Shown one piece after another: positions 49,461 through 61,035 of a stretch of DNA of 64,000 bases. The notes under the pieces were generated by a model. It was not told where the DNA came from. It made no database searches and saw nothing but the letters and a program-made list of their open reading frames with translations. Made by a program: the position numbers and the translations under genes. Every line of letters begins with the position of its first letter. Position 1 is the first letter of the stretch. Origin of the DNA: Botryllus schlosseri (Eukaryota); NCBI GenBank assembly GCA_051294905.1, contig CM119373.1:8680001-8744000 (forward strand), read 5' to 3'.

Positions 49461-50927
49461 CAGGGGTGGGCAACATACGGCCCGCGAAGGGATTTTGTCC
49501 GGCCCGCGGACAGTTTTCCGTCTTACATGATGGTGTGGCCCGCGGCCCAAGTCATCATCCAAGATTCCCCACTACTTGCTTACATACGTCAAATGTTAGT
49601 GACTGTATGTCATTATACGCATGTATGCGCACTAGGGTTGTTCAAAAAAAACTTTTTTTTCCAAATCTCACTCGCCTAGTGACTAAATCGTCAGGTTGTC
49701 CAAGAAAACGATGCACACCAAATTTGACTCAATTCCAACCAGTAAAGGCCGTGCAATCTTGAATTGAAATTTTTAATTTCATAATAAAAATTTAAAAAAA
49801 AAATCTCATATTTTTCTGTCAACCCCGTGAAATTGTGAGCAGTCTTCAAAGACGATGCAAACCAAATTTGAGTCAATTCCGACTTGTAGAAGCGGAGTTA
49901 TTCGAGTTTTTCGTTGATAATTCTCGGATTATCAACGAAAAACTCAAATAGTTCTGCTTCTACTAGTCGGAATTGACTCAAATTTGAATTACATCGTCTT
50001 TGAAGACAGCTCAACAATTTCATGGGGTTGGAAGCAAAATTTGAGATTTTTTTTTAAAATTCATAATAATAAATTAAAAATTTCAATTCAAGATTGCACG
50101 GCCTTTACTGGTTGGAATTGAGTAAAATTTGGTGTGCATCGTTTTCTTGGACAACCTGACGATTTAGTCATTAGGCGAGTGAGATTTGGAAAAAAAGTTT
50201 TTTTTGAACAACCCTAATGCGCACTAGCGCGGCGAGCGAGGGTGGAGCTTATGCGTAAATCCGTCGAAGCGAGAAGACTTGTTGAATTATCAGCATTTAC
50301 GATGTACTCAGGCCTAATGTCATTTGTGGTAATCATGATGGTGTTCGTCGACTAAAATGGTCATTTACACTAGGCCGATATTTCTTATTTTTGATTCCGT
50401 AACCGTCGACTTGTAGCACGGCACACTTCAAGGCTTCTGTAAGACACCGCTTATGCCAGGAGTCGCCTACTAAAAATGGGTCGGGGGCCACTTTTAAATT
50501 TCGTGGAAGCCGCGGGCCGCAAGAATTCACTATCGAGGTAATATAGGCCACATAGCTGAACAGTGAACAACCACGCTATCTAAAGACTATAAGGACTTGA
50601 TATCTTGGTAAACTTGGGGCATCAGGCTTATCGAACGCCTTGAAATCTTAATTAGGAATTGCACCGAGTGTTGATTGATCAGAGAGAAGCAGATATAGTG
50701 GTGCATGTATGACAATGCTGTTCTTAAATCCACATTGTCTTCGACATTATTGGCGAGAAATGGCTTTGAAGTTACATTGCTGTCGTTAAATTACATTCAA
50801 TAAATACGATTTATTCCTTTTATATGTGGATAAATGGGCGAATAATGTATCGATTCAGCAATCCGGCCCGCCAAGGTCCTAATTTTCCTATATCCGGCCC
50901 GTCGACTGGAGAAGTTGCCCGCCCCTG
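49461..50927. mobile_element. Charlie-like hAT non-autonomous element
   Basis: TIR CAGGGG(T/C)GGGCAAC and perfect 8-bp TSD tcttagag (49453-49460, 50928-50935). Confidence 0.92.
49633..50216. mobile_element. Almost fully palindromic 584-bp hAT-type MITE
   Basis: TAGGGTTGTTCAAAAAAAAC... arms of about 290 bp meet at about 49925. Perfect 8-bp TSD atgcgcac. A related sequence occurs at about 37255-37480. Confidence 0.92.
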
Positions 50928-53110
50928 TCTTAGAGAGAAGTCAAAATCCCAAAGCTCAACCTAAACGTCGCAAATTTATGCTTCCTGTCTCGTGTGACAA
51001 GCTGCGCACTAAGACACAGTCGTAGCTCAGTCTAAACAAAAATAATCAACACTTTCCGCCTTATGTGACAGGCCGAGCAGAAAAAAAACTGCCAACCGTA
51101 ACTCAGTCGAAACAAAGAAAATCAATCCTTCATGGCGAACCTGGCAAAAAAAAAATCAATCCTTCATGGCGAACCTGGCAAAACAAAAGGAACCAAACAA
51201 GCAGTCGACGGGGACGTTGTTATTGTCAAAGTCTTTTCTGAAGTTGAAGGCCACAAAAATTTTCTTGAAAAAATCACATGGGGCCCAGATGTTGATGGAG
51301 ATTTTGAAGTCAGCTTCATGAGGCGATCTCGTACTATCAAGGATGCGTTCCTGTTCCCAGATGAACCCGATGAGGCATCCATATCTGAGATGGATGTAAT
51401 TTTGGTCCTGCCATCTCCAACCCTATTTGATAAAAGCAAACGGTTATGCAGTGTTTACAAATTTAGCATAAATCTTGCACGCTATGGAATATAGCGCGGT
51501 AGAGCTGGAAAGAGGAAGAAGCACTCTTGCTTCCAAACAAACTTTGAATTCAGAACTTGTTGACCTTGTTAGCCAACATCATTTCGTTGTTCAAGTTCTA
51601 TTTTCATTTTGGTAAAGCGTTCCTAAGCATACTGTAAGCTTCTCATGCAGCCTTGTTTGTTCATTCATTCTTTTGTCGAACAAAAGAAATCGACATGCAG
51701 TTCTTTCCATTTTTAAAAAATTCGGCAGCATAATACTATGCTAAATTATACTTTGAGAAAAGAGTATTGGCAAATACAATCAAGAAGCTAGTAAATGTAA
51801 GCGACTGCAGTGCTCTGTAGGCCTAAACGCTTCATATTATGGGAACAGAAATATGAAGAAAAAAAATTGTTCCATCGGTCATATGTATGTGACCGGATAC
51901 ACATTTGACCAGCCAACTTTGAACGCTTCTTGATATTCATTGATATATCAGAGTTACTCGCGGTATGGTGGATTGAGTAGCACTAGGGCCCGAGTGTTGG
52001 AAAAACAAAAGATCGTAAGACCAGTGGAAAACTGCTTGGATGTAGAGCACCAAGTCTGTTTTTTGATCCATAGGTACCACATCTCCCCTACAACAGACCT
52101 ATAAAAATTGGGTGTTCTCTGGTATCTGCACTGATAAGATTCATATTTTTAAATAATGCAGCAGTCGCATATACGTTTCCTAAATCGAATGTCTTATCAA
52201 ATCCGACACTACCTTGCCCGTTAAGCATTGATTTTTGATATCCAAAATTTGTTCGTTGCTATGCAAAATTTATGTTTAGAGGATTGTCATGAGAATGAAT
52301 GATTTTTTTTACGAAATTGGACGTATGTGCCATATCAATGACTTGAAGCATATCGTCGGCAAACCCTCCCTTGGCCGGAATCTTGATATCATGCGGCTGA
52401 TGTCCATCGTTTTTCCTGTATTTCGTTTGGTGTATTTGGTGGTGGTTTCGTGGCATGTTGGTGATGTCTGACGCTTCTGTTTGTAAATTGGTGCAAAGTC
52501 TTTTGGCGGGAACGTAGAAGCATGTGGCGGGAACGTATGAGAATTTCTTTCTTATTTCATCCATAACCGCTGGTCGTAGAGTCATGATATATAGCTCAAA
52601 ATCTGCGGAAGCATCATGTTTCTATCTGTTATCAGAAGAAAGTTTTCTCTATTGTGAACACAAAATGAGTTCGCACATTTTCTTGAAATTCAGCATTTGT
52701 TCTGACGAATTGTGATCTGTCATCAGTTTTTTTGAAACTGAAAGTAACACACCGACAATACCGAATATTGGGCATATTCACAAGTCTTTTTAAAATCGGT
52801 TCAAAATATCATAATCACATTTAACGGCTTATTGAAAATGCATTTTTGTGTCCTATAGCCTACCTATTGAACACAGGCGATCATCAATTCATCAACCTCG
52901 CACCTTCAACCAACTTATTCGAGCGATATCCAAAATAATACACAAATGCTAACTTTGCATATGAATTCTTTGACTATAATCTGAAATTTATTTTTGGTAC
53001 ACGGCCGTAGTCTATAGAAAGTATTCGAAAGGCGACATCATTCTGGAATGCTTTTTGATTTGTCATGAATCAACTATTGAGATTAGTGATAACTTTTAAT
53101 ATATTATAAT

Positions 53111-54100
53111 TAGAGCCCGACCGATTATCGGCTAGCCGATAATATCGAGTCAATATCACACTTGGAAAGAAATATTGGTATCGGCCTTTCTGGGTAAAAA
53201 TATCGGCCATTTTCGTGACGTCACAACATGGTCGTAGGGAGTCAGAGAGACGCGAAGTCTTCACTGAATGTCCGTAAATTATAAAGATAAATGGCCAAGC
53301 TGCAATGCACGCAGGCCAGTAGCCCAATGTGAAAAATATACTTTCACCGAAATCCCCTTGCGGTGGTCGAACACCAGAGACAGAGAGCATACATCGAGTG
53401 AATGGAAAGTTGTATGCTGAAGATTTCAGTCGATTCATTTGAGAAATGAGAACTTCATTCGTGCTGGACTGACCGTCGAGATGACAGAGAAAAGGGTCGC
53501 GTGTAAACAGTTACCTGTAGATAGTGCTGTTGGTGTCTGTGTAGGAAGCTCATTAGCCAAGGCTCGGTATCAACAAAGTGAAAAATACCAGTAACGTATG
53601 GAGTCATCTGACTGAAGGGCCGGGCCATCATGAGAAGAAATATTCGGGCACAGAGTGCAAGAAATCAAGCAAAAAGGGAATAGAGCCAACAATTCATACG
53701 AACATTTTTGATTCCATAATGACATGGGCCAACTCTGACAAAAGTGTGTAAAAGATCGATCAACTGATTGTTGAAATGCTGGTCATAGTCAAGGGGATGG
53801 GTGGAGCGGACGTGAACAATTTGAGTTTTTGCATATCCTCTTCAGCTGTTAATGATATTCTGAAGGCTCCAGGTGCACTGCAAGAAGAATATCAATATTT
53901 GTTGGACCCAATGAAGAAGAAATACCCTGCAGTCGTGGAACCAAAATAAAAAAAGATTCCCAGTTCTTGCTGTTCTACCAACTACGGCACCAATACTGTT
54001 CACTGTATTTAGTACTGTGAAGCCTACTTCATTTATGAATACCACACAATTTCACTCCCTGAAGAAACCGCCGAGAAATGATGCTTCGTGAACTGTAAAT
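53111..54100 (+). mobile_element. 5' part of a hAT element with BED-finger transposase remnant
   Basis: TAGAGCCCGACCGAT terminus; degenerate LIS.G...KNTSNVWSHL...H and W...D...KIDQLIVEML, ZBED-like. Confidence 0.5.
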
Positions 54101-54248
54101 CTGCAACTGCTAGACCGGTGCTACTGATATATTTTTATTGCCCCCCAGATCATTCATTTCATGTGAAGTATAACCATGGCTGTAAACATGTTCAATTAAA
54201 TACTCTCGAGGTGTTGAATCTATTGGAAAGGTTCGAGGTGTTGAATCT

Positions 54249-56494
54249 ATTGGAAAGGTAAGTGGGGCGACAAGGGCGTGTTGCTGCGGTATGCGCACCA
54301 CTATATTTAAGCTGGGTTTTATATAAACAATTGCAGGGCAGTCGGCCATCTGTCCATCTGTGTGTCTGTCTCGTAGCAAATTCATGAGCTACTTCATTGT
54401 TGTTACATAGACTCGAAGCTTATGACCGAAACGAAGATTTCCAGGGACCTCAAATTGTCTTGCCAGCACCAGACCCTGTGGAGTGGCCAAAAGAAGGATT
54501 TAGCCAAATATGTGAGGATCACCAGTACTCAGTACCTCCAATGAATAAGGATTTGATCGACGGATACTTCCGGTACAGACTAGTTTCAGACAAATCATGC
54601 TGTGCAGATCTCAAAGGCATTGAGAAAGGAACAAATCATTTAGAAAGTGAATGAGTAGTGGTGGCTAGCTTCGTTGAGAACAAACGCAAGTTTTTTGTCT
54701 CGGGCTTGGTGTGCGCAACCATGCGTAGTGATGTTAGTCATTGTGTTGGAATACTAATGAAGGGCCAAGAATACTTGGGTCTGTTTTTTCAGCTCACCTA
54801 TTATGTGAAAGTTGCGTTACTGCCAAGTGGTGAAATCCAGAATAGTGCGCGTGAATGCCCAGCAGGAGCCGGTCTTCGCAGTACGTGCAAGTATATTGCA
54901 GCCATTCTCTTAATGCTTCCATGTTTCAAGGAGTCTGCAGACTTTTCACAGGCCTCGCAAGTGTAGTTTAGGTAAGACAAGATTATTATTAATATTATAC
55001 AACATACAACAGTGGTGCTTATAGCCCGATTAGGGCTTTGTGCTCCACGACATCACATTTTTATAACAAAGTTCAATGTCATTTCTTCGTGCTCATTGCT
55101 CGTGCGCTCGCAGTCTTTGCAGCTTCAAGGCTTTTATTAGGATCTTCCTTTACCGTCGACTTATAGCTCGACCCACTGTCGTATCTGGGCCTTTTTAAGT
55201 AACCGCAATTGCAGTGAGGTCGGCGATGAGGAGCCCATATAACCGCCGACACATAGAAGTTAGTCCGAACCGGGATTCGAACCACGGCCGACCATGGGAG
55301 TCGTGACGCTGGTGCTTAACGAACTGCGCCACTCGCTTCCCAGGTAAGACAAGATGATCAAAAACAGGTTTATTATCTAAGATTCAGAGTAGGTTATTTA
55401 TATATATATATATATATAGTTTGATCAAAACTTAATACAACAATTCTTTGATTTACAGCTTCTCCGGTTAAATGCCAAGACTTGTTTGTCCAAAAGAACG
55501 ATGAGGATCCACGACCTTCAAAATTTCAAAACTGGCCTGGTTATAATGATGATGTCTGAAATCAAGTCATTGGTTTCTGCTTTTCTTCTGGCAAAGACCT
55601 TCCGATGCGGCACATGTACGAAAAAGCAAATTTGTTTGAAGCCACTCATGATCATAATTATTTTGGTATGGACTGGAGACAGTACTGGGTGGACAATTCT
55701 TTAAAGGCGGGAAGCTTCTTTTCCTAGTAGGCCTAGTGGTAGTTATTCGTAACCATGTACTTCCATTCCACCTCATCATCACTCTGTAGACTGTTTCTTT
55801 TTACTGAAATTGTCTATTTTTTTCCCAGATTACATACAAAGAAGCCGAACAGATTCAGTCTGCTACAAGACAACAAAGCCACAGCAGTTTGTGGTTACGT
55901 CACCGAGAATGGCGATTAACAGCAAGTCACTTCGGCACCATTTTCCGTCTCACAGTCCGACGTGATCTCCATTCTCTGTGTAACACCATCCTTAATCCCC
56001 AAAAACTCAATGTTCAGCCAATTATTCATGGAAAGACCTATGAGCCAATAGCGAGGCGGGCATTTGAGGAGATGTGTGTTACTGTAGAATCGTCAGGTCT
56101 CTGATATTGCCATCTTTTCCCTACCTTGGGGCTACTCCAGATGGGTTACTGGGGTCTACCCACACCATAGAAATTGAATGCCCATACACTGCCCGTCAAA
56201 ACCATATTGCACCAGGGAAGGACTTCTCATTCCTCGAGTTCAGGTCTGATGGGAGAATGGCATTACGTAGTTCGCACCCATACTACTGTCACATACAAGG
56301 AGGCCTGGCACTAAACAAGAGGGATGCTTGCTACTTCATTGTGTACACCCCCCTGTAATGGAAAACCGTGCATATCGATCGAGGAAGTGCAGTATGATGA
56401 CAAATTTTGGGAGGAGTACCTTTTGCCTAAGCTCAGAGACTTTTACTTCAACCACTACCGGGGATACATTGCTGCAAACGCTGCAGCACTGAAT
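54249..56494 (+). pseudogene. ISL2EU SAP-SWIM-YqaJ gene, copy 2 (SAP exon mostly missing, SINE in intron 3)
   Basis: Colinear with 37866-39752, about 95% identical by eye, with independent stops. Confidence 0.8.
54984..55341 (-). mobile_element. tRNA-derived SINE, full length
   Basis: A box TGGCGCAGTTCG and B box GGTTCGAATCC; AT-rich tail; 14-bp TSD aggtaagacaagat (54970-54983, 55342-55355). Empty site at about 38595 in copy 1. Confidence 0.9.
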
Positions 56495-56972
56495 AAGTGC
56501 CAAATTTCATCTACTTCCAATGCTAATTGTTCTTAGTATCAAAGTTTCTGTAATTATACAGCAAATTCTCAGGCCTCAACTCTAGACACAGTATGACTAT
56601 AGTAATTGCGGCAACTTGATCAGGAGTGGGCTGGCATATACAACTGCAGGAGTGGGCTGGCATATACAACTGTAAGGGCTTCTGCGTAATCGGCACAACC
56701 CGGAGAGCATAATTATATATAATATAGCCTGGACTTTCTTGCGCGCATTCATACTCCCAAGGAATCAAAAATTCAATTTTTTTTTGCAAGGAGGGTATCA
56801 AAATACAGAAGTACAGTCATACCACAATGGCTCACCTCGGTTATTCCTGAAAAATTAAGGCAAAATATGTAACCATAAGCTACATACCATCAAGTGGTAC
56901 AAGAAAATTCCGTCGTAACAAAACACAGCCAACTGTGAAGCACGTTCAAGAGTATATCTAATATTTATAAAT

Positions 56973-58001
56973 CTATGCGTATTTGTCAACTATACGCCTA
57001 CGGAAGTTGCTTATCATGAAGCACGCAAAAATAAGTTTGTGTCCGATGGCAACTTTGTTCCATTGAAGTTCATTCTTTAAAATTTTGAAGGTCTTACTTA
57101 GACCTATGATACGCTCGATGTGTATCCTTTTCGAGGCAACTCGGCGGTCGTGAATTAATGCTTCCTCATCAAATTGGTTTTGGTTTTTGTCCCAGAGCAA
57201 ATGTGGAGTATTTACAAAGACGTCCCGATTTACAAATGAATCCTGCACCAATAATCCACGATCAGCCATCATGCTGTCCCGCCGCTGGAGCTTGCTTTTA
57301 TCTGTCATTAGCACAGATCTCTCCATAATTTGTCTATCGGTCGTCCTACCACCATAAGTATCGGACACATAAGAGACAAGGCCGGAGGGAGAACAGCCAA
57401 TGATGGTTTTCAAGGTGTTGCGGTTCTTATGAGAAGAAAATGTGGCTGATTGTGCGTTCACATTAGAGGGCTTTTCAATGGGAACTTCGATCGCATCTAA
57501 TATTACTCTAGTAGAAGGAAAATTCTTGCTAAAATCTTGTGGCATGTGTTCTTGCGTCAGCTCATACGATGGCCAGGTGTTCAACTCTTTCAACTGGTGG
57601 TACGTGAAATTGACCCACATGTTGAACAACTGACCTACTCGAACTTGGCTGATGTTGAATATGAGTGAAAGTTCAAAGTCGTCTTTTGCCTGGCGAAGTT
57701 TCATGTGAGTGAGATAGAGTTGCTCTTGGAGAGACAGACGGCTGCATTGAATTTTTAAGTAATGGGCAGCTGCAGCAGTGCTTGCCAGTTCGGGCACATC
57801 TAAGCCGCCTTTCTTCGCGGACGTATGAAAGAACGGTATCGCCGTGTCTTTCGGTAGGTGCAACCACTTCCTAATTTTAGCCCGTATTTTCAAATCGAAC
57901 ACCTTTAGTAGGCTTGGCTTTACGTTTCCCAACGTTCCCCCGTAGATTAGTCTGGGGATTAGGTGTTTCCTGAGCAGAAACATGTTTTGCCAAGGTTTCA
58001 A
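56973..58001 (-). CDS. Chimeric ORF: R2-A thumb fused in frame to ISL2EU DDE transposase (342 aa)
   Basis: The R2 segment FLLRKHLIPRLIYG...GGLDVPELAS reads into LSLQEQLYL...VILDAIE...MADRG...HIERIIG...DKYA* with no stop. Junction at about 57778. Confidence 0.7.
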   Translation of the reverse strand: MKPWQNMFLLRKHLIPRLIYGGTLGNVKPSLLKVFDLKIRAKIRKWLHLPKDTAIPFFHTSAKKGGLDVPELASTAAAAHYLKIQCSRLSLQEQLYLTHMKLRQAKDDFELSLIFNISQVRVGQLFNMWVNFTYHQLKELNTWPSYELTQEHMPQDFSKNFPSTRVILDAIEVPIEKPSNVNAQSATFSSHKNRNTLKTIIGCSPSGLVSYVSDTYGGRTTDRQIMERSVLMTDKSKLQRRDSMMADRGLLVQDSFVNRDVFVNTPHLLWDKNQNQFDEEALIHDRRVASKRIHIERIIGLSKTFKILKNELQWNKVAIGHKLIFACFMISNFRRRIVDKYA

Positions 58002-61000
58002 CGGGGACTCAGTTATTTCTTTTTAAGTCCTCTTTCCAATATATGCCCAATCGATGACAGAGCGCCACCTCTTGATGACACACGACGAAATCTCAGTGTA
58101 GAAAGAGTGTGAACTTCATCTCTGGACTGCCTGTCAATGTTGCACGGACTTGACACAACAGCCTGTGGACGCGAGGAGTCATTCGCATCAATACTGCTCC
58201 CTTTGGAAGAGCCTTGGACTTCTTGGACTGGACTTGCAGTGCCCAGATACTTGAAGGTTTCATTGATATGAAATCTTGCTCGTCCACTCCGAAGGTGGTA
58301 TCCAAGTCGACAAAGGTTCGCCGACGTTTGCCGTCTACTCTGAAGGTGAGCGATCTGCACTTTAGTGCGTTAGCATTCAAACCTGATTCTTTGAGGCTCG
58401 AAAGTAGCGTCGTCAACTGCCTCTCCATGCCTTCCGGGGTTTCGGTTTATAAGGCTATATCGTCCGCCAAACCCAGTGCGGATATCGTTTTTCCATTGAT
58501 TCTCGGGCCCATAACGGCCAGCTCGCAGAAAGCTTCATCGAGTACTGCGTTGAATAGAATCGGTGACATTGGGTCACCTTGTCGGACTCATCCCGAAACG
58601 GTGATATTACACCCGTAGAGATTGGTAGTTGCCTCTTGATAGCAACTTTCGATGTATCTTGTGATGGGCTCAGGAGTCCCCAATCTTTTCGCCGCTCTCA
58701 GTATGCTTTCATGTTTTACGGAATCGAAAGCTTTTTTGAGGTCAAGGAAGACCACACATAGTCCTTGATTCCTTTTCCTCGCTTGCGCGATCACAGCGTC
58801 AAGCATAGTAATATTTTCCCCACAGCCATCTGTCGGCATGAAGGCACGCTGGATATTGTTCAGCTTGAAGCTGTCGCTTAATCGCTGTGCCATTATTTTA
58901 TGAAATGTCCTTACCAGAATAGAGCCAATCGTTATTGGCCGGTATTGCCCCGGCTCCCTTGGGTTGATGACTTTTGGAATCAGCACCGTTCTTGCCTGTT
59001 GTAGGTGCTTAGGCAGACAACCGCCAAGGAGCCAAAGGCTAAAAGGTTTGATTAGGCAGGTAGTTCTTAACCGCTTAACTGCCGCCAACTTGATTCCATC
59101 CGGCCCAGTTGCCGAAGGTCTCGAGGAGGTCAGCGCTCCTTCGATTTCCTCTTTGGAGATAGCTTGCAATAGTTCCCAATCCATAGGACGTTCATTCGCA
59201 ATTGTCCTTTTATCGGAGCCCTTCTCGGTTTGAAATATGCTGCTCCAGAATTTGATAATGTCTTTGTGAGATGGTTCTCGATCAATTCTTTTGATTCTCC
59301 ACCCACCATTGATAACTAGCCCAGCGCAGGCTGTTCTGTCCTTTTTGTACAGTTCTTGTACCTTAGCGTATTGTTCATTTTTCAATTTCTTAGTCGTCGA
59401 CCGCCCCGTTTGGGCATGTTGATGCTGAGGTCGCGCCTTCCACTTCCGGATAGGGCAACTTCGGCCCAGTCTCTTTGCGAGACTTTTCGCGTGCGTTTCC
59501 AGTGCCGCAATGAGTTCATCCCCGGTAATTCGTTCAGTAATTAGCCGGTCAGATAGGCTTCGTCTCCAATGTCCTTCTCCGATGATAACGTTGTAGGTTC
59601 GAGTTTTTCCAATTCGCATCTTAGCTTTATACACCAATTCAGTGCGTTGATGTATCTTGGTTCGTTTTCTGGCCTTGGAGATCCAGTTTCTTTCTTTTGC
59701 CGGCTCCGGGTGGACCGTCTAGGCCGCTGCATGCCTCTTAACCGACTTACCATTTCGGTGTATCCTGCCTTCTTTCTCTCGCATTTGATTGAGTCCAGCG
59801 ATCTTCTGCCGCCTTTAAATGCCCTATGCAAGTCCTCGCTTGTCACTGCTCCCTGTTCATTTTCGAGGGATATTTCGGTCATAGCCAGGGCCTATTCTTC
59901 CTCTGGCTGCTATCGCCGCTTCCTTTTAGCAGATTTCGCCGTGGCCTCGGCGTGGAATATGACCGGATGCTGGGTTTTCTTATGTAACCCCAGTCCGGTT
60001 GCTGTAGTGAACATTCTGTCACAATGACTGCACGCATGAACAGAAGATCCCAATCGAGATGGTAATCGCGTGAGTTTGATTCTGGCTGCTTGCCAACCAT
60101 GAGGAATGTGTCTCGGTAGCATTTCACAATCAAAGCAGATGAGTATTTTAACATATGCCGTATACTATATCTGCGAAAAGGAAGTCCGTGTTATATTCGT
60201 TCCGATTCCTTCATTTGGTTTCCCTTAAGCGGGATACTTGTCCGAGGGGTGTATCTATGTCCCTCATCGTGGGCTCAGCCTCACGACCCGCTGCCCCTTG
60301 AGCGGGATAAGTCCACCTTGCTTGTCTGTCCTTATCGCCATCATTTCCGGTCCCATTTGTCCAAGATGCCCCCGGCTTCACACGCTTCACATTGTACACA
60401 ATATTGTCCTTTGTTGCGTTATATGACCTGACATGGCTTGCTCAGGGCCACTGTCGCGACGTCCATTGCTGGCCGTCATATTGAATCTCGTTAACTTTTC
60501 GAGGGGTGTATCAAGTCCCTCGACTTGCTCAATCTCACGACGCGCTGTCCCTTAAGCGGGATAGGTCCACATTGCTTGTCTGAACGTCTCACGACCCGCT
60601 GCCCCTTAAGCGGGATCAGCCCACATTGCTTGTCTGTTCGCTTGCCCATCATTCTCAGTCCCATTTCCGAGATGCCCCTGGCTTCACACACATCACCTTG
60701 TACGCAATATCGCCCTTGCTCGCTACGTGGTCTGTTGCCTCACATAGCCTTGTATCTCCTATCTGAGTACTTACGTGCTTACCTTGACGTAGACCGCAGA
60801 TCGTGCCGTAAAGGAGACTTACTTGCCTTGCATTTCGTTCCTTCCGTCCATTTGATACTGCCCCAGTTTGGAGCCTTCCGGCCTCCGGCTTGCCCCTTGT
60901 TCGTTAGCCCGTTCTAAACCGCTTTGGGTGGAGCCTCCCGGCCTCCGGCTTGCCCCTTGTCCGTACGCCCGTTCTAGACCGCCTTTTGAGTGGAGCCTTC

Positions 61001-61035
61001 CGGCCTCCGGATTGCCCTTTGTCCGTTAGCCGGAG
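57778..61035 (-). mobile_element. R2 family A, copy 2, with a longer putative 5'UTR
   Basis: About 99% identical to 40970-43959. The extra 60770-61035 segment includes three ~62-bp tandem units homologous to the R2-B 5'UTR. Confidence 0.85.

Larger units (their letters stand above)
48750..51500 (+). mobile_element. pogo-like (DDE_1) transposase remnant split by nested hAT insertions
   Basis: FPPHCSHRLQPLDIGVYGPFK, FLPASVTDRP and SPYPK...RKRRKSAVITDTP. Resumes after the TSD at 50935. C-terminal FEVSFMRRS...FLFPDEPD...LPSP domain at 51132-51494. Confidence 0.75.

Noticed and set aside
52259-52585. 108-aa ORF and surrounding coding-like DNA
   Set aside because: Possibly decayed transposon coding sequence, but no motif could be assigned with any confidence.
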